Below, in pieces: positions 1-14,786 of a stretch of 64,000 nt of DNA. The notes beneath the pieces were generated by a model, which saw only the letters and a list, made by a program, of their open reading frames with translations, ran no database searches and was not told where the DNA came from. The stretch comes from Eledone cirrhosa. Lineage: Eukaryota. A program made the position numbers and the translations under genes. Position 1 is the first letter of the stretch. Each line of letters begins with the position of its first letter. The DNA is taken from assembly GCA_964016885.1 (NCBI GenBank), contig OZ024749.1:37882001-37946000 (forward strand), in the 5' to 3' direction.

Positions 1-55
<55 letters not shown>

Positions 56-67
56 ATATATATATAT

Positions 68-248
68 AACGAAGGAAATGTGGTAAGGAACCAGGTGGGC
101 CATAACGCACCAAAGTACTCAATACTTAGGGTAGTAGAGTGGGTAATAGGAACGAGTAGGACCCGACGGCTGAGCTCAAGCCGTTTCGTTGGACCAGAAT
201 TAGCTGTCGAAACGGCTTGAGCTCAGCCGTCGGGGTCCTACTCGTTCC
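68..248 (-). mobile_element. TA-inserted fold-back element, family A, copy 1 (probable PLE terminus with half hammerhead)
   Basis: Begins AACGAAGGAAATGTGGTAAGGAACCAGG, is flanked by (TA)n and contains an internal inverted repeat with GAAAC-GGCT..AGCC-GTC; near-identical copies at 4183, 7248 and 19401. Confidence 0.75.
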
Positions 249-739
249 TATATACATATATATATATATATATATATGCATTTCAAAAGAGTTTTGTATT
301 GTAAAAACCAAATGAAAAGGGGCTGTTTCATTTGGTTTCGTATGAAAAGTATTAAACACTAGAAAAGCAGAAGTAAATACAAACAAAAACAAAACAAAAA
401 AAGAGAAAGTGCTCAACTTGCTTAACTTCAGCAGCTAATAATATAAACTAAAGGACATTATGAAAGACAATGTCTTCTATCGACACGCCTCACTATTAAA
501 TATTCATGGTCGCTTCACTGATGCATTGCTAACTGTAGTCCCCAGAGCATCATAAATGGGTCACCATAAGGAGTTTTGTCCCTTTAGTTGTGCTCTTTCG
601 GCTCAAGCCCTTCCTTTGTTTGTCCGGTCTGACTGTAGAACAATTAAAAGACATTTTGGTTTAAAATATTGGAGGCGGAACACTTCTTACATTGGTGTTC
701 TATGGAAATGGTCAAAGGTTACGATAGATGGCACACGTT

Positions 740-3700
740 TGTGTTGGTGGCAGTTGCGGTGATTGTGGTGGTGGTGGTGGTGTTGTGGTGGTGGTGGTGG
801 TGGTGGTGGTGGTGGTGGTGGTGGTGGTGGTGGTGGTGGTGGTTGTGGTGGTTGTGATGGTGGTTGTGGTGTTGGTGATGGTGATGGTGTTGTGCTGGTG
901 GTGGTGGTGATGGTGGTGATGGTGGTTGTGGTGTTGGTGATGGTGGTGGTGTTAGTGGTGGTGGTTGTGGTGGTGGTGGTGGTGGTTGTGGTGGTGGTGG
1001 TGATAGTGGTTGTGTTAGTGGTGGTGGTGTTGGTGATGGTGTTGTGCTGGTGGTGGTGGTGGTGGGGTTGGTGTTGGTGATTGTGGTTGTGGTGTTGGTG
1101 ATGGTGGTGGTGTTAGTGATGGTGGTGGTGGTGGTGGTGGTGGTGGTTGTTGTGGTGGTGGTGGTGGTGGTTGTGGTGGTGATAGTGGTTGTGGTGTTGG
1201 TGATGGTGTTGTGCTGGTGGTTGTGGTGGTGGTGGTGGTGGTGGTGGTTGTGGTGTTGGTGATGGTGCTGGTGTTGTGCTGGTGGTGGTCGTGGTCGTGG
1301 TTGTGGTGGTGGTTGTGGTGGTGGTGGTGATGGTGGTTGTGGTGTTGGTGATGGTGATGGTGGTGGTGGTGGTGGTGATGGTGGTTGTGGTGTTGGTGAT
1401 GGTGGTGGCGTTAGTGGTGGTGGTTGTGGTGGAGGTGGAGGTGGTTGTGTTGGTGTTGTGTTGGTGGTTGTGGCGGTTGTGGTGGTGGTTCTGGTGATGG
1501 TGATGATGGTTGTGGTGGTGGTGACGGTTGTGGTGCTGGTGATGTTGTGTTGGTGGTGGTAGTGGTGGTAGTAGTAGTGATAGTTGTGGTAGTGGTGGTG
1601 GTTGTGGTGGTAGTAGTGGTAGTAGTAGTGGTGTTATTGCTGTTGTTGCTGTTTGCTGTGTTTGATGACGTTTGTGGTCATGTTGGTTTTGGTGGTTGTG
1701 TGTGTGTGGGGGGGGGGGTATTCCGTAATTGTTATGGTCATAGCAATGATAACGAGGATGGTTATGTTGATGATGAAGATGAAGAGGGGATGGTACTGTT
1801 GTGGCTAATGATGATGGTGGTGGTGGTGGTGTTAGTGTTATTGTTGTTACTCTTGTTGGTGGTGGTGGTGGTGGTTGTGTTGTTGTTGCTGATGGTGGCA
1901 GGTGCAGTTGTCATTGGTTGTGTTGGTGGTGGTTGTGATGATGGTTGTGGTTGTGGTGTTAGTGTTATTGTTGTTACTCTTGTTGGTGGTGGTGGTGGTG
2001 GTGGTGGTGGTGGTGGTGGCGATGGTGGTTGTGTTGTTGTGCTGATGGTGGCAGATGCAGTTGTCATTGGTTGTGTCGGTGGTGGTTGTGATGATGGTTG
2101 TGGTGGTGGTGTTAGTGGTAGTATTCGTATTGTTCGAGATGTCGTTGTTGGTCTTCGTTGTGGTGGTGTTGTTGGTGTCTCTATGTTGTTGTTGCTGTTG
2201 GTTGTTGTGGTGTTGTATTGGCGTTGTTGGTTTTGGTTGTGGCGATGGTATTTGTGTTGTTGAGGATGTTGTTGATAGTAGTGGTGGTGGTGTTGTATTG
2301 GTGTTTGGTGGTGTTGTATTGGTGTTTGTTGTGATGGTGGTAGTGGTTGTGGTGTTGGTGGTGGTATTCGTGTTATTGGGGATTTTTTTGTTAATCATGG
2401 TGTTGTTGGTGGGTCTGTGGTGTTGTTGTTGTTGTTGGTGTTGGTTATGGCAGTGTTGTTGGTGTTGGTGTTGGTTATGGCGGTGTTGTTGGTGGGTCTG
2501 TGGTGTTGTTGTTGTTGTTGTTGGTGTTGGTTATGGCAGTGTTGTTGTTGGTTATGGCAGTGTTGTTGGTGTTGGTTATGGTGGTGTTGTTGGTGGGTCT
2601 GTGGTGTTGTTGTTGTTGGTGGTGTTGGTTATGGCAGTGTTGTTGGTGTTGGTGTTGGTTATGGCAGTGTTGTTGGTGTTGGTATTGGTTATGGCGGTGT
2701 TGTTGGTGGGTCTGTGGTGTTGTTGTTGTTGTTGGTGTTGGTTATGGCAGTGTTGTTGGTGTTGGTGTTGGTTATGGCAGTGTTGTTGGTGTTGGTATTG
2801 GTTATGGCTGTGTTGTTGGTGGGTCTGTGGTGTTGTTGTTGGTGGTGTTGGTTATGGCAGTGCTGTTGTTGTTGGTGTTGGTTATGGCAATGTTGTTGGT
2901 GTTGGTATTGGTTATAGCGGTGTTGTTGGTGGGTCTGTGGTGTTGTTGGTGTTGGTTATGGCGGTGTTGTTGGTGGGTCTGTGGTGTTGGTTATGGCAGT
3001 GTTGTTGGTGTTGGTATTGGCTATGGCGGTGTTGTTGGTGGGTCTGTGGTGTTGTTGTTGGTGGTGTTGGTTATGGCAGTGTTGTTGTTGTTGGTGTTGG
3101 TTATGGCAGTGTTTTTGGTGTTGTTGTTGGTTATGGCGGTGTTGTTGGTGTTGGTGTTGGTTATGGCGGTGTTGTTGGTGGGTCTGTGGTTTTGTTGGAG
3201 TTGGTGTTGGTTGTGGAGGTGTTGTTGGTGTTGGTTATGGCAGTGTTGTTGGTGTTGGTGTTGGTGTTGGTGTTGATGTTGGTTGTGGTGGTGTTGTCGG
3301 CGTAAACCAGACACACTTGGGGAAACTATTAGCTTCAGGGTGGATCAAAGCAGGTTCTATGATCATTCTGAAGGTAAAGATTAATGGGGATATAGATGAT
3401 GGTGTGGGGGTTTCTATTGTGGTGAAGTGTTTGGGGTAGCGATGTGTGGCCTTGGTGTGGTGTTGGTGTGGATGTGTGAGGTTTTGGAGGTGGGGAAGAT
3501 ATTAAGAGAGTTGGCATTGGTGGAAATGTAGTGTTGGTGTGGTTGTGCTACTTTGTTGAACATTGTGATGATGATGCTGAAAGTTGATGACGATAATGAT
3601 AGCAATTACAGTGCTGGTAATGGTATTGCTGTGGTAATGGTGGTGGTTGTGGTGTTGTTGTTCTTGTTGTTGTTGTTCATCGTTGCGGTCATGGTGTTGG

Positions 3701-3990
3701 TGTTAGCATTAGTGCTAGTGTTGTTATCGATGGTTACGATATTGTTGTTATTGGTGGTGTTGTAATTGGTGGTGTTGGTGTTGGCGTTGGTGTTAGCATT
3801 GGTGCTGGTGTTGGTATTGGTGGTGTTGGTATTGTTGGTGGTGTCAGTGGTGTTGATGGTATAAACGACTGTGGTGGGGGATACGGTTCTAGTAGGTATG
3901 GATGATGGTATTCATAATATTGGTATTCATGGTGTTGCTTGTGTTGTTCGTAGTGCTGTTAGTGGTATAGGTGGTTGTGGTGATGGTGGT
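740..3990. repeat. (GGT)n/(GTT)n-derived low-complexity array, including a GTGTTGGTTATGGCAGTGTTGTTG-type minisatellite at about 2404-3300
   Basis: Directly visible; ORFs here are poly-V/G/W/C translations. Confidence 0.95.
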
Positions 3991-4031
3991 TTTAGTGGGA
4001 ATGTTAACATTGGTGGTTGTGTTGGAGGGTG

Positions 4032-4073
<42 letters not shown>

Positions 4074-4074
<1 letters not shown>

Positions 4075-4134
4075 CTAACTCGTCTCTTGGACTGAGTGCT
4101 CTACCACTACGGATATTATCTTCCAGTGTTCCAC

Positions 4135-4138
<4 letters not shown>
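4074..4138 (+). mobile_element. Short TA-inserted element end, family C
   Basis: GGACTGAGTGCTCTACCACTACGGATATTA..CCACCACT between TA tracts; recurs at 22651 (-) and 29316 (+). Confidence 0.65.
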
Positions 4139-4182
<44 letters not shown>

Positions 4183-4184
<2 letters not shown>

Positions 4185-4408
4185 CGAAGGAAATGTGGTA
4201 AGGAACCAGGTGGACCATAACGCACCAAAGTACTCAATACTTAGGGTAGTAGAGTGGGTAATAGGAACGAGTAGGACCCCGACGGCTGAGCTCAAGCCGT
4301 TTCGACGGCTAATTCTGGACTGAGCAGCTATGGGGTGAGGTGTTCAGGGTTGAGTCCAGAATTAGCCGTCGAAACGGCTTGAGCTCAGCCATCGGGGTCC
4401 TACTCGTT

Positions 4409-4410
<2 letters not shown>
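4183..4410 (-). mobile_element. TA-inserted fold-back element, family A, copy 2
   Basis: Same sequence as 68-248, with inverted arms of about 60 bp around a loop of about 30 nt. Confidence 0.75.
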
Positions 4411-4474
<64 letters not shown>

Positions 4475-5177
4475 GGGGGGGGGGGTGCGCGCGTGTGTGT
4501 GTTTGTGTGTGTGTATATACACACACAAAAACAAACATATATGTATATATTGGTGAGGCTGTGTGTGTTTGCGTGTATTTGTCTCCTCGTTTATTGTTGT
4601 GAAATTAAGGGTAATAAATATAATTAGTGGAAGTAATTACTTTGTAAAACTTTATATATAATCGGTTACTATAGCAATAGAAGCATAGTTATTAATATTG
4701 ACATGGCTTAATTATATATATGACAAAAATTGTTGATGTTGTTAATGTGGTTGTTGATGCAGTTATTGTTGAAGGAGCAGGATAGCAGACGCACACAGAT
4801 AGATGGATGTAGACACACACTCCCATACGCACATACATACACACGCACACTCATACTTACAGTTACACGCATACAGATGCACAAATACGTTCATACACAC
4901 ACGTACCTGCAGACATATATACAAACGCACACATACGTACATAGACATGCCATATATGAGATACACGTACACACATATACAGAACCGAACACACACATGC
5001 ACGCACTCATACATGCACGTACACACACACGTACGTATGCGAAAAAAGATTGAAAACATCTGCTATGTATATTTAAAGCATATAGAAGCTATAAATAAAG
5101 ATATATATATATATATATGTATATATGTATATATGTATATATATATGTATATATGTATATATATATATGTATATATG

Positions 5178-5240
<63 letters not shown>

Positions 5241-5454
5241 ATATATATACACTGTATATATGAATATTTACATATATATATACATACATATGTATATATG
5301 TATATGTATATAGACATATATATATTTATACATAGACACATATATATATATATACATATATATAAGTATATATATATATATTTATACATATATATATATA
5401 TATTTATACATATATATCTATCTAAATATGTATACATATATGCATATATATATG

Positions 5455-5626
<172 letters not shown>

Positions 5627-5924
5627 GTATATATGTATGTATGTATATACAGACATTGAATGAGTGATGAGATTAATAGAAAGAGAAAGAAAGAAGTAGG
5701 AAAGTTGTTTAAAACAACATATCACAATATATTACTATAAAAATTAGATTTAGATAAGAAAATAAACATTCAACTTAGAAAGTATTATATATGGAATAAA
5801 TCTAATTTAGAAAATTGTGTTCATGTTTTTCAGTACAAAACAAATACAGAACGCCCGTGTGTGTATATTTGTCTATATATATGTATATATATATATACAT
5901 ACATATATATATATATATACATAC

Positions 5925-6077
<153 letters not shown>

Positions 6078-6570
6078 TGAGATTCTACAGGACTAGAACT
6101 GTTTCATTCATTAGAAATCAATATAGATATGTATACATTTACATATACATACGATACACACACATGCATATATATATAAATATACATATATACGCATGTG
6201 TATGCATACATGTATATATGTACACAAAGAGACACACATATATACATATATATATATATATATATATTACATACATAAAAATATAAAGAACAAACAAGTG
6301 TATTTTTTTAAACGAGCCAATATTAATAGTTGAATATGTATGTAATGGCTATTTAAAGAGTCGGTTATGTGAAGCGTGGAAAGACAAGCCGTTGGATATT
6401 TAGATATTGTAATATAAAAATTTATCGGTCTGGATAGGGTGGAAGAATAGAAGGATTTTACAATGTTTGAGTGGGGATGAGATTCACTGATAGTTTAATA
6501 AACTCTTAATATGCGGTAATGATTCAGCAGAAAATCTCTGAAAATTTGTTTGCTAATTCACGTATTTATT

Positions 6571-6756
6571 TGGATTGGCAGTATCGGTAAAGGGTCTGAC
6601 GCCATGCTTTGCAGCAAAGAGTTGCCGCCCTTTATGGTCTGAGTTCAAATCCCTTCGAGGTTAACTTTGCCTTTCATCCTTACGGGGTCGATAAAATAAA
6701 GTACAAGTAATACACTGGGATAATTGCTGGCCTTGTGCCAAAATTAGAAACAATTA
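6571..6756 (+). mobile_element. tRNA-derived SINE (octopod-type; central domain resembles the MetaSINE/Sauria-like conserved domain)
   Basis: A-box-like TGGCAGTATCGG, B-box GAGTTCAAATC, core CTTTGCCTTTCATCCTTACGGGGTCGATAAAATAAAGTAC, tail AGAAACAATTATT; many copies in the window. Confidence 0.85.
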
Positions 6757-7247
6757 TTGAATAAATAGTCGCGAAACTTTGCAGCTTTAAAGATTTTCCA
6801 AATTTTTGTGATGTTGTCAGAGGATGTTTTTTTTTTGTATATTTCAAGAGTGTCGTGCTGAAGCAGTTTTATGTGGTTTGTTAATTCAAATTGTTTATAA
6901 TATTTTTTACTGGTGGACATATCGTTGAGAAAATATACAATATTTAAAGTAAAGTCTTTAATGTTCATGTGAAACATTTATGGACCCTTTTATACTACAT
7001 GTCTATAGTATCTATATTAATGAAGAGATTGCTGTAAAAATATACAGTATTAGTGTTGAAGAAAAGAGAATAGGCGTGCTGGAAATGAGAATGCACGGGC
7101 AGGTTGAAAGAAATACACATGCTATCAAGGAAAAATAATACATGGACATAGCTCTTATATATACATATACATATATATATTTGTTTCGACACACGATTTC
7201 ATATAAATAACCTCGCAGAACAAATATATATATATATATATATATAT

Positions 7248-7428
7248 AACGAAGGAAATGTGGTAAGGAACCAGGTGGACCATAACGCACCAAAGTACTC
7301 AATACTTGAGGTAGTAGAGTGGGTAATAGGAACCAGTAAGACCCCGACAGCTGAGCTCAAGCCGTTTCGACGGCTAATTCAATTAGCCGTCGAAACGGCT
7401 TGAGCTCAGCTGTCGGGTCTTACTGGTT

Positions 7429-7430
<2 letters not shown>
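7248..7430 (-). mobile_element. TA-inserted fold-back element, family A, copy 3
   Basis: Near-perfect palindrome centred at 7380, flanked by (TA)n. Confidence 0.75.
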
Positions 7431-7480
<50 letters not shown>

Positions 7481-7485
<5 letters not shown>

Positions 7486-7635
7486 AAATGTGTGTAATCC
7501 TTGGTACAGTTAGGTATATTAAGATAGGGGGGGGGGGGAGAAAAAATGGCTTCACTTGTGCTTTCAACAAATTTATATAAAATAAATTTGTTGAAAGCAC
7601 AAGTGAAGCCATTTTTTCTTCCCCCCTATCTTAAT
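7481..7635. mobile_element. TA-inserted fold-back element (unrelated family)
   Basis: Arms of about 55-60 bp, ..GTGCTTTC-AACAAATTTA / TAAATTTGTT-GAAAGCAC.., with a longer left arm; TA tracts on both sides. Confidence 0.65.
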
Positions 7636-7645
7636 ATATATATAT

Positions 7646-7755
<110 letters not shown>

Positions 7756-8266
7756 GACGTTTATGTTTAATCGGTACAAATGAAATATATACCGGTTGAG
7801 TTTCTTAATAAAAAAAAACTCAATGAAGAGTAGATATATAAAATAATATTTATCAATATTATCAATTAAAAAACTGCAAATATTTTTCGCATGTATATCG
7901 AACAATTACATTGTAGGAAAATACCTTACTTTACGATGGTAAATTTAAAGTTCCTAAGATTTCCTATACAAATCTGCTTCAGGAAATCGGAGAAAAGATG
8001 CATTACATGCTCTTAGTGTTTCTATTAGTCGAGTTGCTTTATTGGGACTTGTTTATAGTTATTTTTAACATTCCTTATTGCCTGTCACGTTATATCTGTT
8101 TTTCTGTTAAACGTTACTATGTGGGGCACATTTTAATTTTTCACTCTGGGAAGATAGCTGGTACTTTGTATAGCGTGATATATAGATGACCAAGTACTCC
8201 TGACGAAAGAAACCATGGTCTTGAGATGCCAAAATTGATAATTGGTGATTGATACTAATTACTTGC

Positions 8267-8325
<59 letters not shown>

Positions 8326-8417
8326 AATATATATATAGAGAGAGAGATAATATGCGTATGCGAAAAGTACACACATATATATATACATACACATATACAC
8401 ACACATATATATATATA

Positions 8418-8514
<97 letters not shown>

Positions 8515-8606
8515 AAGATATATGATACATATATATATATATATATAGATAGATAGACAGATAGATATGCACACACACACACACACACACTCATATATGT
8601 ATATAT

Positions 8607-8645
<39 letters not shown>

Positions 8646-9002
8646 CACATATACATACATATATTTATATATTATTTCACTATTGTCTCATGTTGTTGTT
8701 ACTGCTGTTGCTTTGGGTGGTCTCTGCTCTCTGTCTTCATCACTGCAGGGGGAGGTTCATCATAGTTAGGTGATGGTGGTGGTGGTGGTGGAGAAAGAGA
8801 GAGTATTTATTGATACAAGCCACCGATCAACTCAGGCCCTGTTGGAACAGGTAGTCAGCAGATGTTCAACTCCTATCTGACACACAAGAAATCTCGGGGT
8901 CACTTAATGCTAGCCATAGAACAGAACATCAACAATTACAACAACAACTAATACATAATAATACAGAAATTACAAAATACACAAACATAAACACAGAAAT
9001 AT

Positions 9003-9560
9003 GTGTGTGTGTGTGCGTTTGTATTTGTCGTTCTCTCTCTCTCTCTCTCTCTCTCACCCTCTCTCTTTCTGTCTGTTAGTGTATGTGTGCGTTTGTATTT
9101 GTCGTTCTCTCTCTCTCTCACCCTCTCTCTCCCTCTCACCCTCTCTCTCTATCACCCTCTCTCTCTCTCTCACCCTCTCTCTCTCTCACCCTCTCTCTTT
9201 CTGTCTGTTAGTGTATGTGTGCGTTTGTATTTGTCGTTCTCTCCATCTCTCTCTCACCCTCTCTCTTTCTGTCTGTTAGTGTATGTGTGCGTTTGTATTT
9301 GTCGTTCTCTCTCTCTCTCACCCTCTCTCTCTCTCTCTCACCCTCTCTCTCTATCACCCTCTCTCTCTCTCACCCTCTCTCTCTCTCACCCTCTCTCTTT
9401 CTGTTTGTTAGTGTATGTGTGCGTTTGTATTTGTCGTTCTCTCTCTCTCTCACCCTCTCTCTCTATCACCCTCTCTCTTTCTGTCTGTTAGTGTATGTGT
9501 GTGTTTGTATTTGTCGTTCTCACTCTCTCTCTCTCTCTATCTTTCTGTCTGTTAGTGTGT
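9003..9560. repeat. Composite minisatellite: GTATGTGTGCGTTTGTATTTGTCGTT-(CT)n-CACC-(CT)n-TTCTGTCTGTTAGT, about 6 variable-length units
   Basis: Directly visible. Confidence 0.9.
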
Positions 9561-9601
9561 ATGTTTTTGTTTATGTGCGTGTGTATGTGCACCTGTGTGT
9601 A

Positions 9602-9659
<58 letters not shown>

Positions 9660-9704
9660 GGGGAGAGAGACAGGGAGAGAGACGGGGAGAGAAAGAAAGA
9701 AAGG

Positions 9705-9836
9705 GGGCTGCCGATTTAGCAGAATCTGTTTAGCATTGGATATTTTTCCCGGGGTTTGTTGTCCTCAGTTCAAATCTTCCCGAGGTCCAATTTGCATTTT
9801 GAATAATTCGGTCTCGAGAAAAAAAATGTACCAGTA
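9705..9836 (+). mobile_element. Old, diverged SINE copy
   Basis: CAGTTCAAATCTTCCCGAGGT...GTACCAGTA aligns by eye with the SINE consensus. Confidence 0.55.
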
Positions 9837-10719
9837 TAATACTACTTCCACTTTAACCCCTCTCACACTCTCTTTCTCTCTCCTTCAGCTGCCATATCCT
9901 AGATGATCTGCTGAATGATGGAAAGGAAGGTCGAGAGCGTGTTTCTATCTGTTCCAGCTGTATCGGTACATAAATTCCTCAGTGATAGCATGGCAGATAC
10001 TAACAGGTTTCACTCCATTGCGATTGATGGTCATTGTATTTGTGCGTGCATCTCTGTTTGTTCGTAAGTGTGAATGTGTGTGTGTGTGTGTGTGTGTTTG
10101 TGTGTGTTCGTGTGTCTGTTTGTGTGTGTGTATGCGCGCGCGTATGTGTGTGCGCGTGTGTATGTTGGACTTCTGTCGATAGCATTGTGGACTTCTGTCG
10201 ATAGCATTATCTTACGTACAAGTGATTTGATAGATGTAAGAACCCTTAAGGCAGTTCTCAGGAAGATTCAGTGTGATACATTGTGTAACGGGGCTGACCC
10301 TTTGAATTACAAGTAGAGTCGATTATCTATTATAGTACCATTGGCTGATTTTTCCAGAGATGCGTGTATGGTTAACCTAGTTCTCAGGGAGATTCAGTCT
10401 GAACGGTGTTGTGACATGACTGTCACTTTAAAAATAAACGCACTACATAGTTATTCTTCTTGTCTCGGAGCAACGTACAATAAATATCTTGCTCATGAAG
10501 CGTGTATGAGTAGCTGTGTGTGTGTGTATTTGTGTGCGTGTGTGTGCGTGTATGTGTGTGTCTTTGTGAGTGCAGCCATGTGTGTGCACCACCACATGTA
10601 CATATAAGAGTGGAAGACAATGAGAGTTACATAGAAATAAAGTCCTCGGTTCCATTCAATATCCATAATTTATAAATAAACCATTTTTTGAAATACACTT
10701 GCCTAAATATTCTCTCTCT

Positions 10720-10960
<241 letters not shown>

Positions 10961-11208
10961 CTTTATCTCTCAATTCCGGTACCCAGGGAAATATGATTAT
11001 TAGGAGCTGTCCCCAATAAACCTTACCCCACCCGTTGACAACGTCTACCACCTCTTCACAAACCCACCGTCCCATCCAGCCAAGTAATATTTACTCTTTA
11101 AATATTATATGATGACGTGTCCTCACAACAGATCGGACAAATTATCATTGTCTCTAAGATTGCACTTTACAATATATATATCCAGAAAAATGCTACACCC
11201 AACACACA

Positions 11209-11301
<93 letters not shown>

Positions 11302-11333
11302 TTATATATATATATGTATATATGTATATATTT

Positions 11334-11486
<153 letters not shown>

Positions 11487-11496
11487 AGTGTGTATA

Positions 11497-11533
<37 letters not shown>

Positions 11534-11647
11534 ATATATGTATGTATATACATTTATATATATATACATTCATATATATATGTATACATATATATATATA
11601 CATATATATGTATGTATATACACACACACATATATATATATATACAC

Positions 11648-11684
<37 letters not shown>

Positions 11685-11705
11685 TATGAATATATATGTA
11701 TATAC

Positions 11706-11778
<73 letters not shown>

Positions 11779-12131
11779 CATAGAGAGAGTGTGTGAGAGA
11801 GTTACAGCAGACAGACATAGACAAAAAATAGATATATAATCTCTATAAATAAATGAGTTTATAATACTGTATATGTGTGTGTGTATGAGGGTATATGAGT
11901 ATGTGTGAGTGTATGTAAGTGTCTATATATATATATATATACGCATGTGTGCATGTACTTTCGATGTTGTTTCTCTCTCTCGCTCTCTCTTTCTTTGTCT
12001 CTCTTCCCCCCCCCTCCCTCTCTCTGTCTCTGAGAATGTGTGTTAAACAGGGAAGAACCACAGGATGTACGCCAAATCCAACATGGCTATCAATTCAATA
12101 ATATCTCACAGCTTCTTTATTATATATACAT

Positions 12132-12218
<87 letters not shown>

Positions 12219-12352
12219 AAATATATATATATATATTTATGTATATATATGTATATATATACATATATATATACATATATATATACATATATATATATCT
12301 ACATATATATATACATATATGCATATACATATATATATATATATACATACAT

Positions 12353-12392
<40 letters not shown>

Positions 12393-12509
12393 TATTCATA
12401 GAATTTCGATTATTGTTTTTGCGTCCTTCTATCGGGAGTTAAAGGCTTATTAATATTGCTCCCTTGATATAGGTGTCGCTATACTCCTGGGTGGGATGAT
12501 ATAACCACG

Positions 12510-14170
12510 TAATAATAACCACAACAACAACACAAACAATAACAACAACTAGAAGAACTAGCAGTTACAGCAGCAACAACAAAACAGAGAACATTAACAC
12601 CAGCAACAACAATAGTCACAAGAAACATCAACACCAACTCCAACAACTGCAACAATGACCAGACCAGTAACAAAAATTGTACAAACAACAACAACAGTAA
12701 CACCACCAACAATAGCAGCAGCAACAACAACAACAACAACGATGACCAGAACAGTAACAACAACAGTATAAACAACAACAATAGCAACAACAAACACAAT
12801 AACAACAGCAGCAACAACAACAACAGCAACAGCGACCAGACCAGTAACAACGACAGTAAATACAACAACAGTGACAACAAAAGCAGTAACAACAACAACA
12901 ACTGTAGCAACAAAAGCAGTAACAACAACAACTGTAGCAACAAAAGCAGTAATAACAACAACAACTGTAGCAACAAAAACAGTAACAACAACAAGAACTG
13001 TAGCAACAAAAGCAGCAACAACAACAAGAACTGTAGCAACAAAAGCAGTAACAACAACAAGAACTGTAGCAACAAAAGCAGTAACAACAACAACTGTAGC
13101 AACAAAAGCAGTAACAACAACAACAACTGTAGCAACAAAAGCAGTAACAACAACAACAACTGTAGCAACAAAAGCAATAACAACAACAACAACAACTGTA
13201 GCAACAAAAGCAGTAACAACAACAACTGTAGCAACAAAAGCAGTAACAAAAACAACAACTGTAGCAACAAAAGTAGTAACAACAACAACAACTGTAACAA
13301 CAAAAGCAGTAACAACAACAAGAACTGTAGCAACAAAAGCAGTAACAACAACAACTGTAACAACAAAAGCAGTAACAACAACAACAACTGTAGCAACAAA
13401 AGCAGTAACAACAACAACAACTGTAGCAACAAAAGCAGTAACAACAACAACAACTGTAACAACAAAAACAGTAACAACGACAACAACTGTAGCAACAAAA
13501 GCAGTAACAACAACAACTGTAGCAACAAAAGCAGTAACAACAACAACAACTGTAGCAACAAAAGCAGCAACAACAACAATAACTGTAGCAACAACAACAA
13601 CAACTGTAGCAACAAAAGCAGTAACAACAACAAGAACTGTAGCAACAAAAGCAGCAACAACAACAACAACTGTAGCAACAAAAGCAATAACAACAACAAG
13701 AACTGTAGCAACAAAAGCAGTAACAAAAACAACAACTGTAGCAACAAAAGCAATAACAACAACAATAACTGTAGCAACAAAAGCAGTAACAACAACAAGA
13801 ACTGTAGCAACAAAAGCAGTAACAACAACGAGAACTGTAGCAACAAAAGCAGCAACAACAACAAGAACTGTAGCAACAAAAGCAGTAACAACAACGAGAA
13901 CTGTAGCAACAAAAGCAGTAACAACAACAACAACTGTAGCAACAAAAGCAGTAACAACAACAAGAACTGTAGCAACCAAAGCAGCAACAACAACAACAAC
14001 TGTAGCAACAAAAGCAGTAACAACAACGAGAACTGTAGCAACCAAAGCAGTAACAACAACAACAACTGTAACAACAAAAGCGGTAACAACAACAACAACT
14101 GTAGCAACAAAAGCAGTAACAACAACGAGAACTGTAGCAACAAAAGCAGTAACAACAACTATAACAACAA
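12510..14170. repeat. ACA-derived minisatellite with a 27-30 bp unit ACTGTAGCAACAAAAGCAGTA(ACA)n; translates as a mucin-like Thr-rich ORF
   Basis: More than 40 units visible between 12870 and 14160; frame +1 is open 12772-14196 but bounded by in-frame TAA codons. Confidence 0.9.
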
Positions 14171-14487
14171 ACCAAAGATGGTGTCGAACACAATAAAAGA
14201 TGTCAACAAAATATGTATATAAATATCACCCAACTCCACGAAGAGACATAATTAAGAAAAATGAACAAAGGATTATGAAGGCCAAAGCAGGTAAGGTGTG
14301 GTGGCGGTTGTTGTAAGGGTAGTTAACTCCTTCTGTATCATCAACACCCGATATACCCTCTATATTTTGTGAGGCTGTGTGTCTATATTTAAGTGTGGGT
14401 ATCTCTCTGCATGTGTGTGTGTTGTGTATGGAAGCTATGTTTGTATATATAAGGGTGTCTGTTTATATGTGTACATCTATATATGTA

Positions 14488-14574
<87 letters not shown>

Positions 14575-14635
14575 TGTATATGTTTGTATCTGTGTGTGTG
14601 CTGTGTATATACATGTGTGTATGTTTATATATGTA

Positions 14636-14712
<77 letters not shown>

Positions 14713-14731
14713 TTTGTATGGAAGCTCTGTT

Positions 14732-14786
<55 letters not shown>

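Noticed and set aside
6571-6660. tRNA gene
   Set aside because: The A/B-box region is the head of a multi-copy SINE; no complete cloverleaf seen
7945-7990. Minus-strand CTGAAGC..GAAATCTTA motif
   Set aside because: Core mismatch and no convincing stems II or III
8195-8225. CTGACGA-AA-GAAAC-CATG-GTC hammerhead-like core
   Set aside because: No stem II, and stem I does not pair at the junction; at best a decayed remnant
9880-9975. Possible + strand exon after CTCTTTCTCTCTCCTTCAG (CHILDDLLNDGKEG..)
   Set aside because: No convincing donor, no recognisable homology, and pyrimidine tracts are ubiquitous here
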